Below are positions 1-13,253 of a DNA stretch of 64,000 bases, piece after piece. Both the position numbers and the translations under genes were made by a program. The notes beneath the pieces were generated by a model. It was not told the origin of the DNA and searched no databases. It was given only the letters and a program-made list of their open reading frames with translations. This DNA is from Squalus acanthias (lineage: Eukaryota), in assembly GCA_030390025.1 (NCBI GenBank), contig CM059433.1:27034001-27098000 (forward strand), given 5' to 3'. Position 1 is the first letter of the stretch. Every line of letters begins with the position of its first letter.

Positions 1-1999
1 ACCGTGGCTAACAAGGGAAATTAGGGATAGCATAAGATCCAAGGATAGGACATATAAATTGGCCAGAAAAAGCAACAAACCCGAGGATTGGGAGCAGTTT
101 AGGATTCAGCAAAGGAGGACAAAGGGATTAATTAAGAGGGGGGAAATAGAGTATGAGAGTAAGCTTGCAGGGAACATAAAAACTGACTGTAAAAGCTTCT
201 ATAGATATGTGAAGAGAAAAAGATTGGTGAAGTCAAGCGTAGGTCCCTTGCAGTCAGAATCAGGGGAATTTATAATGGGGAACAAAGAAATGGCTGACCA
301 ATTAAATACATACTTTGGTTCTATCTTCACAAAGGAGGACACAAATAAACTCCCAGAGATGTTGGGGAACATAGGGTCTAATGAGAGGGAGGAATTGAAT
401 GAAATCAGTATTTGTAGGGAAATGGTGTTAGGGAAATTGATGGGATTGAAGGCCGATAAATCCCCAGGGCCTAATAATCTACATCCTAGGGTACTTAAGG
501 AAGTGGCCCTAGAAATAGTAGATGCATTGCTGGTCATCTTTCAAAATTCTATAGACTCTGGACCAGTTCCCATGGATTGGAGGGTAGCTAATGTAACCCC
601 ACTATTTAAAAAAGGTGGCAGAGATAAAACGGGGAATTATAGACCGGTAAGCCTGACATTGGTAGTGGGCAAAATGCTAGAGTCCATTATAAAAGATGTA
701 ATAGCAGAGCACTTGGAAAACAGTGACAGGATCGGACAAAGTCAACATGGATTTACAAAAGGTAAATCATGCCTGACTAATCTACTGGAAATTTTTGAGA
801 ATGTAACTGGTAGAATAGATAAGGGAGAATCAGTGGATGTGGTGTATTTGGACTTTCAGAAGGCTTTCGATAAGGTCCCGCATAAGAGATTAGCGTGCAA
901 AGTTAAAGCACATGGGATTGGGGGTAAGGTACTGATTTGGATAGAGAACTGGTTGGCAGACAGGAAGCAAAGAGTTGGAATAAATGGGTCTTTTTCCGAG
1001 TGGCAGGCAGTGACTAGTGGGGTACTGCAGGGATCGGTGCTAGGACCCCAGCTATTCACAATATATATTAATGATCTAGACGAGGGAACTAGATGTAATA
1101 TCTCTAAGTTTGCAGATGACACAAAGCTGGGTGGGCGTGTGTGCTGTGAGGAGGATGCAGAGAAACTCCAGTATGATTTGGACAGGTTGGGTGATTGGGC
1201 AGATGCATGGCAGATTCAGTATAATGTGGATAAATGCGAGGTTATCCACTTTGGTGGCAAAAACAGGAAGACAGATTATTATCTGAATGGCAATAGATTG
1301 GGAAAAGGGGAAGTGCAACGAGATCTGGGAGTCCTTGTGCACCAGTTGCTGAAGGTAAGCATGCAAGTGCAGCAGGCGGTTAAGAAGGCAAATGGTATGT
1401 TGGTCTTCATAGCGAGAGGATTCGAGTACAGGAGCAAGGATGTCTTGCTGCAGTTGTACAAGGCCTTGGCGAGACCACACCTTGAGTATTGTGTGCAGTT
1501 TTGGTCGCCTTATCTGAGGAAGGATGTTCTTGCCATGGAGGGAGTGCAGCGAAGATTTACCAGACTGATACCTGGGATGGCAGGAATGACGTATGAAGAG
1601 GAATTGGGTCGATTAGGCTTATATTCGCTAGAGTTTAGAAGAATGAGAGGGGATCTCATTGAAACTTATAAAATTCTAACAGGACTAGACAGACTAGATG
1701 CAGGAAGGATGATCCCGATAGCGGGGGAGTCCAGAACCAGGGGTCACAGTCTAAGGATAAGGGGTAAGCCATTTAGGACTGAGATGAGGAGGAATTTCTT
1801 CACCCAGAGAGTGGTGAACCTGTGGAATTCTCTACCACAGAAGGCAGTTGAGGCCAATTCATTAAATATATTCAAGAAGGAGATAGATATATTTCTTAAG
1901 ACTAAAGGGATCAAGGGATATGGGGAGAAAGCAGGGACAGGGTACTGAATTTGGATGAGCCGAATGGCCTACTCCTGCTCCTATCTTCTATGCTTCTAT
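1..1999 (+). mobile_element. CR1 LINE, 3' portion (open ORF2 segment 59-1948 with RT domain), inserted in an intron of a Harbinger Myb gene
   Basis: Uninterrupted 629-aa frame with [35 protein letters not shown] motifs; short 3' UTR ending in ttctatg-type repeats. Confidence 0.93.
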
Positions 2000-2221
2000 C
2001 AGCCATCCCTCTCTATGTACAGAATCACTTCACCATTCTACTATGCACCCCTCACACTCGCTATCACTGTTATGCAATGACAACAACCAACAACGCACAG
2101 GGAGGGCCCTTAGTATTGGCACCTCACTCCATCTTTGCCTCCCTCTAAGCATCTATGCTATGGATTCTCTACACTCACTCCAACATTCTCACTCAAACTC
2201 CACTTGTGTCTCTCATTGCAG

Positions 2222-3553
2222 GAAAAGAGAGCCCACAATAAGAGGGAGAGGGGCAGGACAGGAGGAGGGCCACCTTCCATTGCACACTTGACCACCGCTG
2301 AGGAGGCTGCTCTCGACATCGTCGGAGGTGCTGAGGAGCAGGAAGTGGGGGATAAAGAGACGGGCGCAGTAGAGCAAGCTGGGGACAGAATAGATTTGCA
2401 ACCCTCTCATTTAGATTGCATGAGTGACTGATATGGCATCTGATGTTCATACAGATTGAGTTCTGAGCATCTGCACAATTCGATGTGCCTGCTACGTTAA
2501 TATCACATGTCTAACTCATGCCTTTACTCCCCCACAGGACCATCAAGAGCCCCCCTTCCCACTGTCCAGGAGGAAGAGCCGGAAGACTCCTCAGAGGAAG
2601 CTGCAACCTCTGAGGGCGCAGTGTCAGCAGAACTGAGCGCACCCAGCACCAGCGCAGAGACGCGCACCTCGGTGGGTCATTCGCGAGATAGATTAGTGTT
2701 GTCACCTGGTGTATCACAGCTCACAAGTGAGCATCAGCAGATGGTGGAGACAGGGACAGCAATGGAGAGTCCTCGTCGGAGGCTGCAGGGCGCTCCTAGC
2801 TCTGCTCAGCTGCATGTGGACCCTGTGCCTCTGGGGCCATCCAGAAAGAGAGCGGTGCTGGAACTTCAGCAACAAGTGCAGGAGTCTCCGACAGGCTTTG
2901 CATCCACGGTAACTGCGAGTGTGCAGAGAATGGAGGAGTCCATCTTAAACATGAGCAATGCCGTGGTGGAGGCAATGGCGCATGAACGTGCTGCCATGGC
3001 GAGGGTGGCAACCTCCTTGGAGGACATAACTCGCCAGACTCAACAGAGCATGGTGACTCTTCTAAATAGATGGTCTGCTATGGAGGATAGATGGGCATCT
3101 ATTGAGGAGAGACACCAGAGGTACGTGGACGTCCCCGTTATGAGGACTGTCGGTACAGAGACGGGTCCTCATGGCCCCACTGATGTGTAGCAAGGTGCTC
3201 TCCAGCTACTTGCTAGCAGTGAAGTGCGGGCGACCCATGAGAGGAATGTTGGTGGTCGACAACAAGGAACTGTGGGCTCCTCTCCAAGCACTCACAGTTG
3301 CATGCCACTGCGGAGCCCTTGGTCAGAGCCCCAGATTCCTCACCCAACTGAGATGGCCATCTCAGCCCCTGCACAGCCGCGGGAGGAGCAGACTGTTGCC
3401 GAGCCCTCCCAGGCTCCCAAACCCAGAGGACGCCCGCCAAAGGTGTTGAAGCAGGAGCAGCATGAAAGTGAGCAAGGTGCCTCAACATCTGCTGAAGCCA
3501 CAGAGGAAGCACCACGTAGGATTACACGTAAGAGAAAGTTAACACACAAATAG
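2222..3553 (+). pseudogene. Harbinger Myb/SANT-like accessory gene, exons 2-3 (approx. 2222-2381, 2538-3553)
   Basis: EKRAHNKRERGRTGGGPP exon, acidic/coiled-coil body, basic C-terminus TRKRKLTHK; exon-2 donor is GG instead of GT, and TAG at 3188-3190 replaces CAG of the paralogous copy. Confidence 0.8.
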
Positions 3554-3839
3554 TCACAAGGATAGTCACTTGGGTGTTTTGATGTAATACAAAGTGAAGA
3601 TTATCATCGTTATTTCAATTGTAATAAAGGAATGCGATGGCAAAGATTCAAAGAGTTGGCCTATGAGTGCCCAGAAATGGAAGTGTCACAGTGAGGTGTC
3701 AGGGCACCTTTCATCTGTAATGATGATGGTGAGAGTGATAGGAATCCACAGTTTATTGTACAGATGGTGTGTGGTGTGTTAAGAAGGTCGGCCAGACACT
3801 CATTTCCATGTGGCAGCCACATGTGTTTACTTCGTAAAC

Positions 3840-5030
3840 TTAAGCGAATCTGGCATGGATTAGTGCATCCCATGCCTCATGGTCAGCAATGTGCTCGCGT
3901 GCTGGTGGAACTGGCACATCCACCTCTGCAAGGTCTTCCTCCTCCTTCTCCTCTGAGGACGCTCTGCACTGAGCCACTTGTTCCTCAGGCAGCGGTAAGC
4001 CACGCTGCTGTTGTGCAGCGCACAGCAGACCACGATGATTCTGGAGACCCTGGCTGGTGAGTACTGTAGGGCTCCACCTGATCTGTCGATGCATCTGAAT
4101 TGCATTTTGAGCAAGCCAATGGGTTGCTCGATGATGCCTCTGGTGGAAATATGGCTCGCATTATAGCACTCCTCAGCTTCATTTGATGGCCTCATCGGTG
4201 TCATTAGCCACGTCTTCAGGGGATAGCCCTTGTCTCCAAGTAGCCATCCGGAAAGTTGAGTTGGCGGATTGAACAGCTGAGGCACAGTAGACTGCCGCAG
4301 GATGAACGAGTCATGGCAACTGCCAGGGAACTTGGCGCAAACATGCATAATGTTCTTCCTGTGGTTACACATCAGCTGGACGTTAAGGGAGTGGAAGCCC
4401 TTGCGGTTGACAAATACAGCTGGGTTGTGAGGGGTGCCCTAATAGCCACATGTGTGCAGTCTACGACGCTGTGCACCCTTGGCAAGCTTGCCATATTTGC
4501 AAAGTCAACCGCACGCGCGGTTACACTTGCTTCATCCGTGGATAAGTGGATGTAATTGTGCGACTTTGCAAAGAGGGCATCGGTAACCTGCGTGATGCAA
4601 GTGTGTGCGGCCGACTGGGAGATGCCGCTGATATCTGCTGATGATCCCTGAAAGGAGCCTGAAGCAAAAATATTGAGGGCGGTGGTGACTTTGACAGCCA
4701 CTGGTAGGGAGTGTCCACCCGCTCCTCTGGGCTCCAGGTGTTGGTGCAGCATTGTGCAGATGTCAGTGACTACCTCTCGTGAAAGTCTCAGCCTCCTTTG
4801 GCACTACTTCTCAGTCATGTTGAGGAAGCTCATCCTCTGCCTGTAAACCCTGTGTTGGGGGTATCTCCTGCGGCGAGGTGCAGCCCTGCGCTGACGCCCT
4901 CTGCCCTGTGCAGCATCAGGTGGCTGAGGAGAAGGTTGGCGCTCCTGTTGTTGCTGCTGCTGTTGTGCCTGGTTCTGCTGCTGCCGCGGCTGCTCTTCCT
5001 CCAATTCTGAGGACCAGGATAAGAGGGTAT
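3840..5030 (-). pseudogene. Harbinger transposase (HARBI1-like DDE), frameshifted
   Basis: Split over several ORFs: poly-Q N-terminus, [51 protein letters not shown], acidic tail. Confidence 0.88.
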
Positions 5031-5932
5031 AAATTCTGCTGGTATATATCTCAGTTGAGGAATAGATGTTCTAAGCACTCAGTCAATGTGGGGAGAGGGT
5101 TTTCCAAGGAGGTCACAGTGCATATGGATCTCAGCTTAAACACTTACAAGCTCAATAGATCTGCAAAATGTGTTCCAACACCTCAAAACACAAAGTTCTG
5201 CCATCTGAAAGTCAGCCATGTTACAGGTCCGCTTTTATGCTGCAGGTGCAGCTGTCAAGAATTCAGGTAGATGCTGAACCCGGCACAATCAGCTGGCGTG
5301 TTTGTCGCATGACGTGGAACATGCTGAAAATGTCGTAAAATGGGAAGAGCCTGGTAAAATGGGATTATGTAGGCAGTTCACAAGCTGTTAACTGCCTTAA
5401 GTGCCTCTCCCGCCACTTGGTGTCAGGTCTGATCGGGACTCCTAGACCTGACACTTTGCAAAGTTGCGTGGAGGCGGGATGGCGGCGGGTTCGCAACCCG
5501 CCGTCAATCATTTAGATTTTCACTCCTGACCTGCCTCCAAACCTGCCCTCTGAACGCCGGCAAAATCGCGGTCTTAACTGCTGTTAAAGACATTTCAGTA
5601 AATCTATCTTGCACACATATACTTTAAAACATATGGTGGGGGGGGGGGGGCAAGGGCTTAAAACGGGGCTACACACCCTGCACGATTTTTCTTTCCATTG
5701 AAGTCCCTGCCACAGTTGAATTCCACCCCCACTGCATCTTTACAGATGATCTTATACAATTTTCTGCTGAATCTGTCAAATTCTACCTTAGTCCATGTGG
5801 CCTTCTGATACTGACTGTATAGATCAATTTAAGTGCTTAATTTTGGCATGTTTCCCAGTTGGCATCTCTTTACCACACTAACAAGCCGAGTCAATTTCTA
5901 TTAAGCAACTAATCTGTTTATTGTAATATATT

Positions 5933-6707
5933 GGGGCAGAAATTAGGCTTGCCACGGGTGAGTACGCACTATGTACTCACCCGTGGACGGAACGAAAGTG
6001 CCGGTTTCTTGCATGCACTGCGCATGCGCGGGAAACCAGCACTTCCGTTCCGCTGAAGGAAGGCTGAAGGAAGGGGTTCAGAGGTCGAATGCGCACGCCG
6101 GAGGGCCAGCGCGTTCACCTCGCACTTCGTTTTTTTTTACAGGTTCCTCTGTGAGTGTAAACACGGAGAAGATACACATTGAAAAAGGAGGCGCAAGGCC
6201 TTCTTTTAACAAGGTAAGTGTTGATTTTATTAAAATTTAAACATTTTTTTCACAGATTTATCTTTTTTAATTACTTTAAAGAAAGGTAAGTTTAGTTTTA
6301 ACCCCGTTAAAAAGTGTAATTAATTTTTTCAAAAATTAAAATTTTTGTTTAAAATAGTTAATTAATGTAATTTATAGTTATTTTAAAAATGTGATTTAAA
6401 AAAAAATTTATTTGTAGTTTTAGGGATGTTTTGGGGCCGATCTGTATTCATAGATTTGACAGGTCTTCCTGTCAAATCTATGAATGAAAGATGGTCTGCT
6501 GCCATTGGCTCTCCATGGCCCACGTGATCCCAGGGGACGCATCGCACTAACTACGCCCCTGGGATACGCAAGCCCTGCGCGCCGGCAGTTGGAGGAGGCC
6601 CAGGACCCGAATGCCCCGTGGGCCCAGGGGTCAACGGCAGGCGCGGTAGGTAGGTGCGCGCGCGATCCTTGCACCCGCGGGAAGCCAGGGAGCCTCATTT
6701 CTGGCCC
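5933..6707. mobile_element. Harbinger-type MITE, family A copy 1
   Basis: TIRs ggggcagaaat / atttctggccc, 3-bp TSD ATT on both sides, AT-rich core; homologous to 8156-8898. Confidence 0.82.
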
Positions 6708-7239
6708 ATTAATCACTTACCAGGAACATTCATCAAAGTTCACACTAAAATTTTCTGTTGCAGTTTCTTTCATGGTTTTAATTGTGATAGAAGAATATGC
6801 AAAATATTTGGTACTTTTAAACTTGTGATTGGGTAGATTATTGAAATTGCAGGAGTCGTGCAATAAGCATATATAATTCTGGCTGAAAGGGGCGGATAAT
6901 CCACGTAACTGACATGCCGGCAAAAAAGTAACACAAGGCCTGCAGTGGTTCAAGGAGAAGACCCACCACCAACTTCTCAGTGCAACTAGGGATGGTCAAT
7001 AATGCAGCCTTGCTAGTGTTGCCCACTTCCCATGAACAAATATTTTTTAAAAAGCATCCACTGGTGAACTTTAGTGATGACTCTGCTGGAGTATACAGAG
7101 TCAGGGGATGTAACCTCATTATAAAGTACAGGCTGGCATGTGCACCATTCTGGGTGTGTCTTGGGAATCCTGGCGAAGGATGAACACTCTGAGGATCGGG
7201 GAATGTGTGTGCTGGACTCTTCTTGACAGATCCTCCGCA

Positions 7240-7859
7240 TCCCAGGAAAAGGGCCTCTGCGGGGGGAGAGTTGCGCTATTTGCCCAACTTCCGCCCGCTG
7301 AAAGGCCGTGGAATTCTTATGCCTGGTAAAAGCAGGCGTAAGGCCTGCTTTTACCAGCATAAGAGTTTTAAAAAATAGAAAAATAAAATTTTATCACTCA
7401 CTTATACATTAAAAACCCTGTCCAATAATGTAAGTTTATTTTTAGCCCCACTAAAACATATACATTTTTTTTTCAAAAAATTAAATTTTTGTTTAAATTT
7501 TTTAATTAAATGCCATTTCAATTAATTTTACATATGTAATTTTTTTTTAAATTTAGTTCATGTGTTCATGTATTTTTTAAGTCATCCCCATTCATACTTA
7601 TGACAGTTCCGTACGTACAGAACTGTCAAAAGTATGAATGGGGATTCCCTTCTTTCATTGGTTGGGCTGGCCCATGTGATCCCAGGGGCGCTTGCGAACC
7701 GCATGCGCCCCTGGGATACGTGGGCCTCTACGCATTTCTACCAGGAGAGGCCCAGGATCACAAGCCTCCGTATCTCCTGGACCACCAGGTAAATGCGTAG
7801 AAAATTTGATGATTAGAGGCATCTGCCCACGGGAAGCCTCCGATCGCAAATTCAGGCCC
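7240..7859. mobile_element. Harbinger-type MITE related to family A, left end not resolved
   Basis: Right end aaattcaggccc; same AT-rich core, TTCATA...TATGAA hairpin and atcccagggg...cccctgggat hairpin as the family A copies. Confidence 0.65.
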
Positions 7860-8155
7860 AATGTAAGTATCCCCATCAACCCCCCTTTATAAGGGTGGTT
7901 GAAAATTGACCAAAGTTGTGTAAACATTTCAGGGAGTCGGGTCTGGGCCCCCAGTTCAGCCCCATATCCGCTGGCAGATTGACAGTTTGGCCTTTAATTA
8001 CTCACGTGCAAAGCCCAGCCTCATCCAAGGTGAAAATCAAATCGACTTTTGCATCACCACTGTTCTTTGCAAAGTTCAGCATAAGTTAACATTGCATCAC
8101 ATTTAAGGGGAAACTAGATAAGCACATGAAGGAGAAAGGAACAGAAAGATATATT

Positions 8156-8898
8156 GGCCCAAAAATTAGTGCCTCTACGCGAGAGTACGCACTGTGTACT
8201 CTCGCGTATTCTGTCTCCAATTGCCGGTTTTCTGCATGCACTGCGCATGCGCTGAAAACCGGCACTTGGTGATTTCAAAAGGGGGTGGTTCCTAGATGAA
8301 CCGCGTGCGCGCTACAGGCTGCGCGCACGCAGTGCACTTAGTGCTTTGGACGCGCAGGTAAGCATGGAAGATTTTGCACATAAAGAAAGGAGGCGTAAGA
8401 CCCTCTTTTAACAAGGTAAGTAGTTAATTAAGTATTATTTTGAATTTTTTTCAACAGGTATATCTTTTTTAGAGACTTTAAAGAAAGGTAAGTTTATTTT
8501 TATAACTTTTTAAAAGATTTTAAATTTTTTCAAAAATTTTATTTTTTGTTTAAAGTGGTTAATTTATTTAACTATACTTATTTTATTAATGTGATGGTTT
8601 TTTTAAAATTAAATTGAGGTTTAGCTGTTCTTTTGGGGGGGTATAGATTCATAGCTTTCACAGCACTTGATTGTGAAAGCTATGAATGAAAGATGGTGTG
8701 CTGCCATTGGCTCTAACTGAATCACGTGATCCCACAGCTCGCACGAATTAACTACGCCTGTGGGATACGCAAGCACTGCCCAGCTGATGTCTAGAACATC
8801 AAGTTCGTGCGAGCTGGGAATGAAAAAGCCAACACGCAGTGAGAGATCGCGGGGAAGCCGTACCCTCGCACGAAGGCTCCCTCACTAATTTTTGGGCC
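8156..8898. mobile_element. Harbinger-type MITE, family A copy 2, inserted in a CR1 3' fragment
   Basis: Perfect 16-bp TIR ggcccaaaaattagtg / cactaatttttgggcc, TSD ATT; the CR1 3' end resumes on both sides (8100-8155, 8899-9000). Confidence 0.87.
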
Positions 8899-9001
8899 AT
8901 TGATAGGGTTAAATGAAGTGGGATGTGAGGAGGCTCGTTTGGAGCATAAACACCAGCATCGACCAGTTGGACCACATGGCTTGTTTCTGTGCTGTAGACT
9001 A

Positions 9002-9600
9002 GGCCCAGAATTTGCGGTCAGCGGCAAAGTAAAGGTGTTCGCGCTGGCCCCGAAGTAAGCTTCGCACAAAGATCTTGCGATCTCTGTGGTGAGAATTTCG
9101 GGTTTTCTGACGTGTAATTGAAATCAACAGAAGTTAATGGGGATTCCCAGCGAAGAGCTGCTGTGACGTCACCAAACTGTCTAAGCAGTCAATCAAAACG
9201 CAGAATTCTCACAGACAGCAAACCAGGAAGTGGGTAAACTCCTTTGATTCTAAACAAAGATTGAGGCTCTCATATGGGGAAAAGGCAAACCTGAAATAAA
9301 GATGAACACTTTTTTTCAAAATTTTGTTTTAAAGTTTCTTAAAAATTAAAATTTTTATTACCGCGGAAGAGCCGAAGTTTTCGTCAGTTTCCATGACTTA
9401 ACATATTACACTGATTGCCGGCTCTATGAGGAGGGGGCACAATGCAGCCTGTGGAGAAACTGTGAATGATAGGTCGCAACTTCAGGATTTCCGCGTTAGG
9501 CTGCGCATGCGTTAAATCTTGAAGTTGCGGTCAGTTTCAAAGGCGAAATGACGGCGAACGCTGCCAGTTTGCTGTCATCATGGACCGTAAATTCCGAGCC
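9002..9600. mobile_element. Harbinger-type MITE, family B copy 1
   Basis: TIRs ggcccagaatttgcggtc / gaccgtaaattccgagcc; homologous to 36688-37450; TSD unclear. Confidence 0.75.
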
Positions 9601-9919
9601 ATTGTAATTCTATGTAATGTAACTTCTAATCATCAAGACACAGGACTGCTTTACTGCTTCTGCCATGTTTAAGATGGATGAAACATTTGAAATGTGGGCT
9701 CATGCTCCAGTTCTATTTATCAATAATCAACCACAGTTCCTTGTTACCAATTATGCCTAATCTGGATTTGCCTCTCTTTTTGAAGAAAAAAACAGAAACA
9801 CACATTGAAATATAATGGGAATTGCTTTGCAAAATGTGGACTAAAGAGAAATAAAGGTGATATGCATGTATAATGAGCTGCATAATAAACTGAATCCCAA
9901 CATATATTTTCAGTCTTAC

Positions 9920-10120
9920 CCATGAGTCCTTGGATGCCTGGAAGACCAGGTAAACCTAAATGACCTGGTTGACCTTGTGCACCATCCGAACCTGGGACAC
10001 CGCTTGGACCTTGAAGACCTGGTGATCCTGGTGGGCCTGGTGGTCCAGATGAACCCTTGCGTGCCTGACAGTGCCAACAGTTTTGACTCCTTTGGTTCCG
10101 CAACACTGAAGATAATTGGG
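9920..10120 (-). CDS. COL21A1: Collagen XXI alpha-1-like coding exon (201 bp), NC2/COL1
   Basis: Phase-1 exon tag|CC CAA TTA...ATG G|gtaag; [38 protein letters not shown]..., with a CxxC motif like COL21A1 RNCDHC; remaining 3' exons not found in the window. Confidence 0.9.
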
Positions 10121-10498
10121 CTAGTATGGTAAAAAAAAATAGAATGACATGGCAAATCAAATCAAGTATTAAACCAAACAAAAATATTTAAAGTGAAGTT
10201 ACTTTTATCAGCATAACACAGCCAAAGAGAAAATATTCCCATTTATAGATACAGAATGTATACATTATATATAAGGGGTGATTGTGTGATCCTGTGCTCC
10301 AAATGGGGAACTGTGCAACTGAGGTGTGTAGATTGGTGAACACACTACAATACTGTGGCCCTGATTGTCCCACCCGTGCTCCATGTGAGCACAGCTTACC
10401 ATGAGGAGTATGGGATTGTCAGATCACCTCTTTAGTGTGTGCATGAGTGATTGTCTTTCGCGTTGTTGAAGTAAGATTACTTCAAAATTTGTGCTTTA

Positions 10499-10870
10499 CT
10501 GTCAGCTTGGCTCAGTAGGTAGCACCTTCGCCTGAGTCAGAAGGTTATAGCTTTAAGCATCAGTATTGAACTGAGCACATAACCTTGAATAACACCTCAG
10601 TGCAGTACTGAGGGAGAACTGTATTGACAGAGGTACTGTCTGCCTGCTCAGTTGTGGGTAAAAAAAAAACTCCCATGGCACTATTCAAAGAAGATCAAGG
10701 GTCAAAATCCTGGAACTCCCTCCCTAATGCACTGTGGGAGTACCTTCACCACAAGGACTGTAGCGGTTCAAGATGGCAGCTTATGACTGCCTTCTCAATG
10801 GCAATTAGGGATGGGCAATAAATGCTGGCCTTGCCAGCGACACCCAGATCCCGGAACGAATACAAAAAAA
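10499..10870 (+). mobile_element. Partial tRNA-derived SINE (10499-10697) joined to a LINE 3' fragment (10698-10870)
   Basis: tggctcagtaggtagc A-box head and gtgcagtactgaggga core; followed by the gcaattagggatgggcaataaa 3' end also seen at 59020-59090. Confidence 0.65.
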
Positions 10871-11389
10871 GTACTCTGCAGCAATCACCCCTTATGAGCT
10901 CCCTAAAGTAGCAAAATCTGAAGATGGCTTGCAGGACAAGATGGCACATATAGAAAGGGAACAGAATTAGAATGGGGAAACAGAGTTGGAAGTGGTCCCA
11001 AATACTCAAAGCTCTTGACTGCATTTGAAGAGGTTACCTTGGGCATTAGGACATCAAGGGAGTGATATAAAGGGGTTGGGGGGGGGGGGGGTGGTAAGGT
11101 GAGGTGGGGGAACCCAGAGGCCTCACCGAGCTCAGGACTCATCCCATCCTGTGTTGTCAAGTCTTGTTCCTTTATTTACTTGCCAACACATAGACATATA
11201 CTTAAACAGAAGAAGATCATGCACAGTATATTACAATCCAACTACTGGAAGGCAATATTTTGACATGTGTTCCTCTTATAGGCCTGGAAGAACAGGGTGT
11301 CTGCATTGTCAGTGTCCCTGAGCAAACTAACACCTCTCTGGTATTCTTACCAACTTTGGCAAACACTAGCACACCTAGAATATATAGAT

Positions 11390-11900
11390 AATGAGGTTGA
11401 GGATGTAGCACTGTGTGAAGGAGGAATTGGTGGTGACAGATGAGAAGGAGGCACCTCCAGACCAGAGGGCCAGCATGATTCCTTCCTCAATTGCAGTGCT
11501 GAGGATGGTGAGTGTACAGGACTTGTTTCTAAAAGGAGATTGCTTTCTCAGCAGCCTCATCTTTAGGAGTCGTTTGAGTCCAAAATACCTTGCAAGGTCT
11601 AGTTAGAAGCGCGGAGGAGTCCAGTAGCTGCATTTGTATAGCTGTGCATGAACATTTGTCCTCGCTGCAGTCACCTCACAGTGTCACAGGTCCTACGCCC
11701 AGTCAGAGTATCTCTCATGAATGCTCAGGTTGCCGCTCCCTTGTCCAAGTTTAACATGTTGGGGAATCTGATTGTGAGGAGCTTGAGGCAGGTATTCACT
11801 GACCTCATTACTGTCTACAGATCTGTTACCATACAGAACAATAGACATGCTGAGGTAGCATCTAGCAGCAGGGGCATAGATGGAGTAGCCACGGCTAAGG
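11390..11900 (+). pseudogene. Possible highly decayed Harbinger accessory-gene fragment
   Basis: Weak resemblance of translated fragments (SKRRLLSQ, ggaggagtcc EES motif) to the RKRAFLEVQQ...MEESI region of the Myb-partner protein. Confidence 0.3.
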
Positions 11901-12104
11901 CTTCTATTTCTCTGCATGATGCCACATCCAGAATCCCTGGACAAGTGACAGTAAATGTACTAGGAAATGGGTAGACTTGCTGAGATATAGTAGGAAATGG
12001 GCAGGACTCGCAACTACAGCAGCAACAGATCTCTCTAACCCCTTTAATATTGCGTGCCTTGATTTTTGTAACTAGTCTCTTATGTGGCATCTCATCAAAT
12101 GGTA

Positions 12105-12545
12105 TTAGACTTGCCTCTGAGTCAGAAAGTCATGGGTTCATGTCCAACTCCAGAGACTTAAGTGCATAATCCTAGTTAACACTACAGTGCAGTACTGAGG
12201 GAGTACTGCACTGTCAGAGGTGCCGTCTTTCAGATCAGACGTTAAACCGAGGCCCCATCTACACTCTCAGGTGGATGGAAAAGATCCCATGACACTATTT
12301 GAAGAAAAGTGAGAGAGTTCTCCCCAGTGTCCTGACCAATATTTATCCCTCAAAATACATCACTGAAAAGAAACAGATTATCTGGTTATTATCTCATTGC
12401 TGTTTGTGGGACCTTTCTGCGCACAAATTGGCTGCCGTGTTTCCTTACATTACAACAGTGACTACACTTCAAAAGTACTTCATTGGCTTTGGGACATTCT
12501 GAGGTGATGAAAAGTGTTACATAAATTCAAGGTATTTATTTCTCT
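12105..12545 (+). mobile_element. Deu-domain tRNA-derived SINE (SacSINE1-like)
   Basis: B-box-like gggttcatgtcc, core gtgccgtctttcagatcagacgttaaaccgaggcccc...aaagatcccatg, L2-like tail; several copies in the window. Confidence 0.78.
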
Positions 12546-12655
12546 TTCTTTTTGGAAATCCATATATATATAAAATCCACCAAATTTACCCCTCTGCTCA
12601 CTGTCAAGTACAAAATGACCCCCTTCAACTCTAAGTAGCCTCACCCCTTTAACTG

Positions 12656-13100
12656 TCATAGAATCCTACAGCACAGAAGGAGGCCATTCGGCCCATCATG
12701 CCTGTGCCAGATATTTGAAAGAGCTATCCTATTAGTTCCACTTTCCTGCTCTTTCCCCATAGCCCTGCACTTTTTCCTCTTCAACTATTTATCTAATTCC
12801 CTTTTGAAAATTACTACTGAGTCTGTTTCCACCACCCTTTCAGACAGTGCAATCCAGATCATAATAACGCGGTGTAAAAAAATTCTCCTCATCTCCCCTC
12901 TGGTTCTTTTGTCAATTATCCTAAATCTATGTCCTTTGGTTACTGACTCTCCTGCCAGTGGAAAGTTTCTCCTTATATACCTATAAAAACCCTTCATAAT
13001 TTTGAACACCTCTATTAATCTCCCCTTAACCTTCTCTGCTCTAAGGGGAACAATCCCAGCTTCTATAGTCTCTCCACGTAACTGAAGTCACCCATCCCTG
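12656..13100 (-). mobile_element. CR1 LINE 3' fragment
   Basis: FKIMKGF...FPLAGESVTKGHRFRI motif and CR1 3' UTR on the minus strand. Confidence 0.8.
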
Positions 13101-13253
13101 TCCATTTACTTCTCCTTTTACATTTCAACAGAAGATTCTACACTGAATTCTCTCTCAATAAAAATAGCATTAGTAAAAAATTCTCTTCACTGTGAATATT
13201 TTAACTAATTTCAGCTGAATTTAAGTTTGGAAGGATTAATGCTTCATACTTAC

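Larger units (their letters stand above)
2000..5573. mobile_element. PIF/Harbinger DNA transposon (degenerate; left end outside the window beyond the CR1)
   Basis: Convergent Myb/SANT-partner exons (+) and HARBI1-like transposase (-); right terminus cggcaaaatcgcggtc resembles the TIRs of the other copies; collinear with 29497-33727. Confidence 0.88.

Noticed and set aside
9744..10181. 145-aa single-exon collagen-like ORF
   Set aside because: Only 9920-10120 is bounded by splice sites and in phase with its neighbours; the flanks are intronic read-through.
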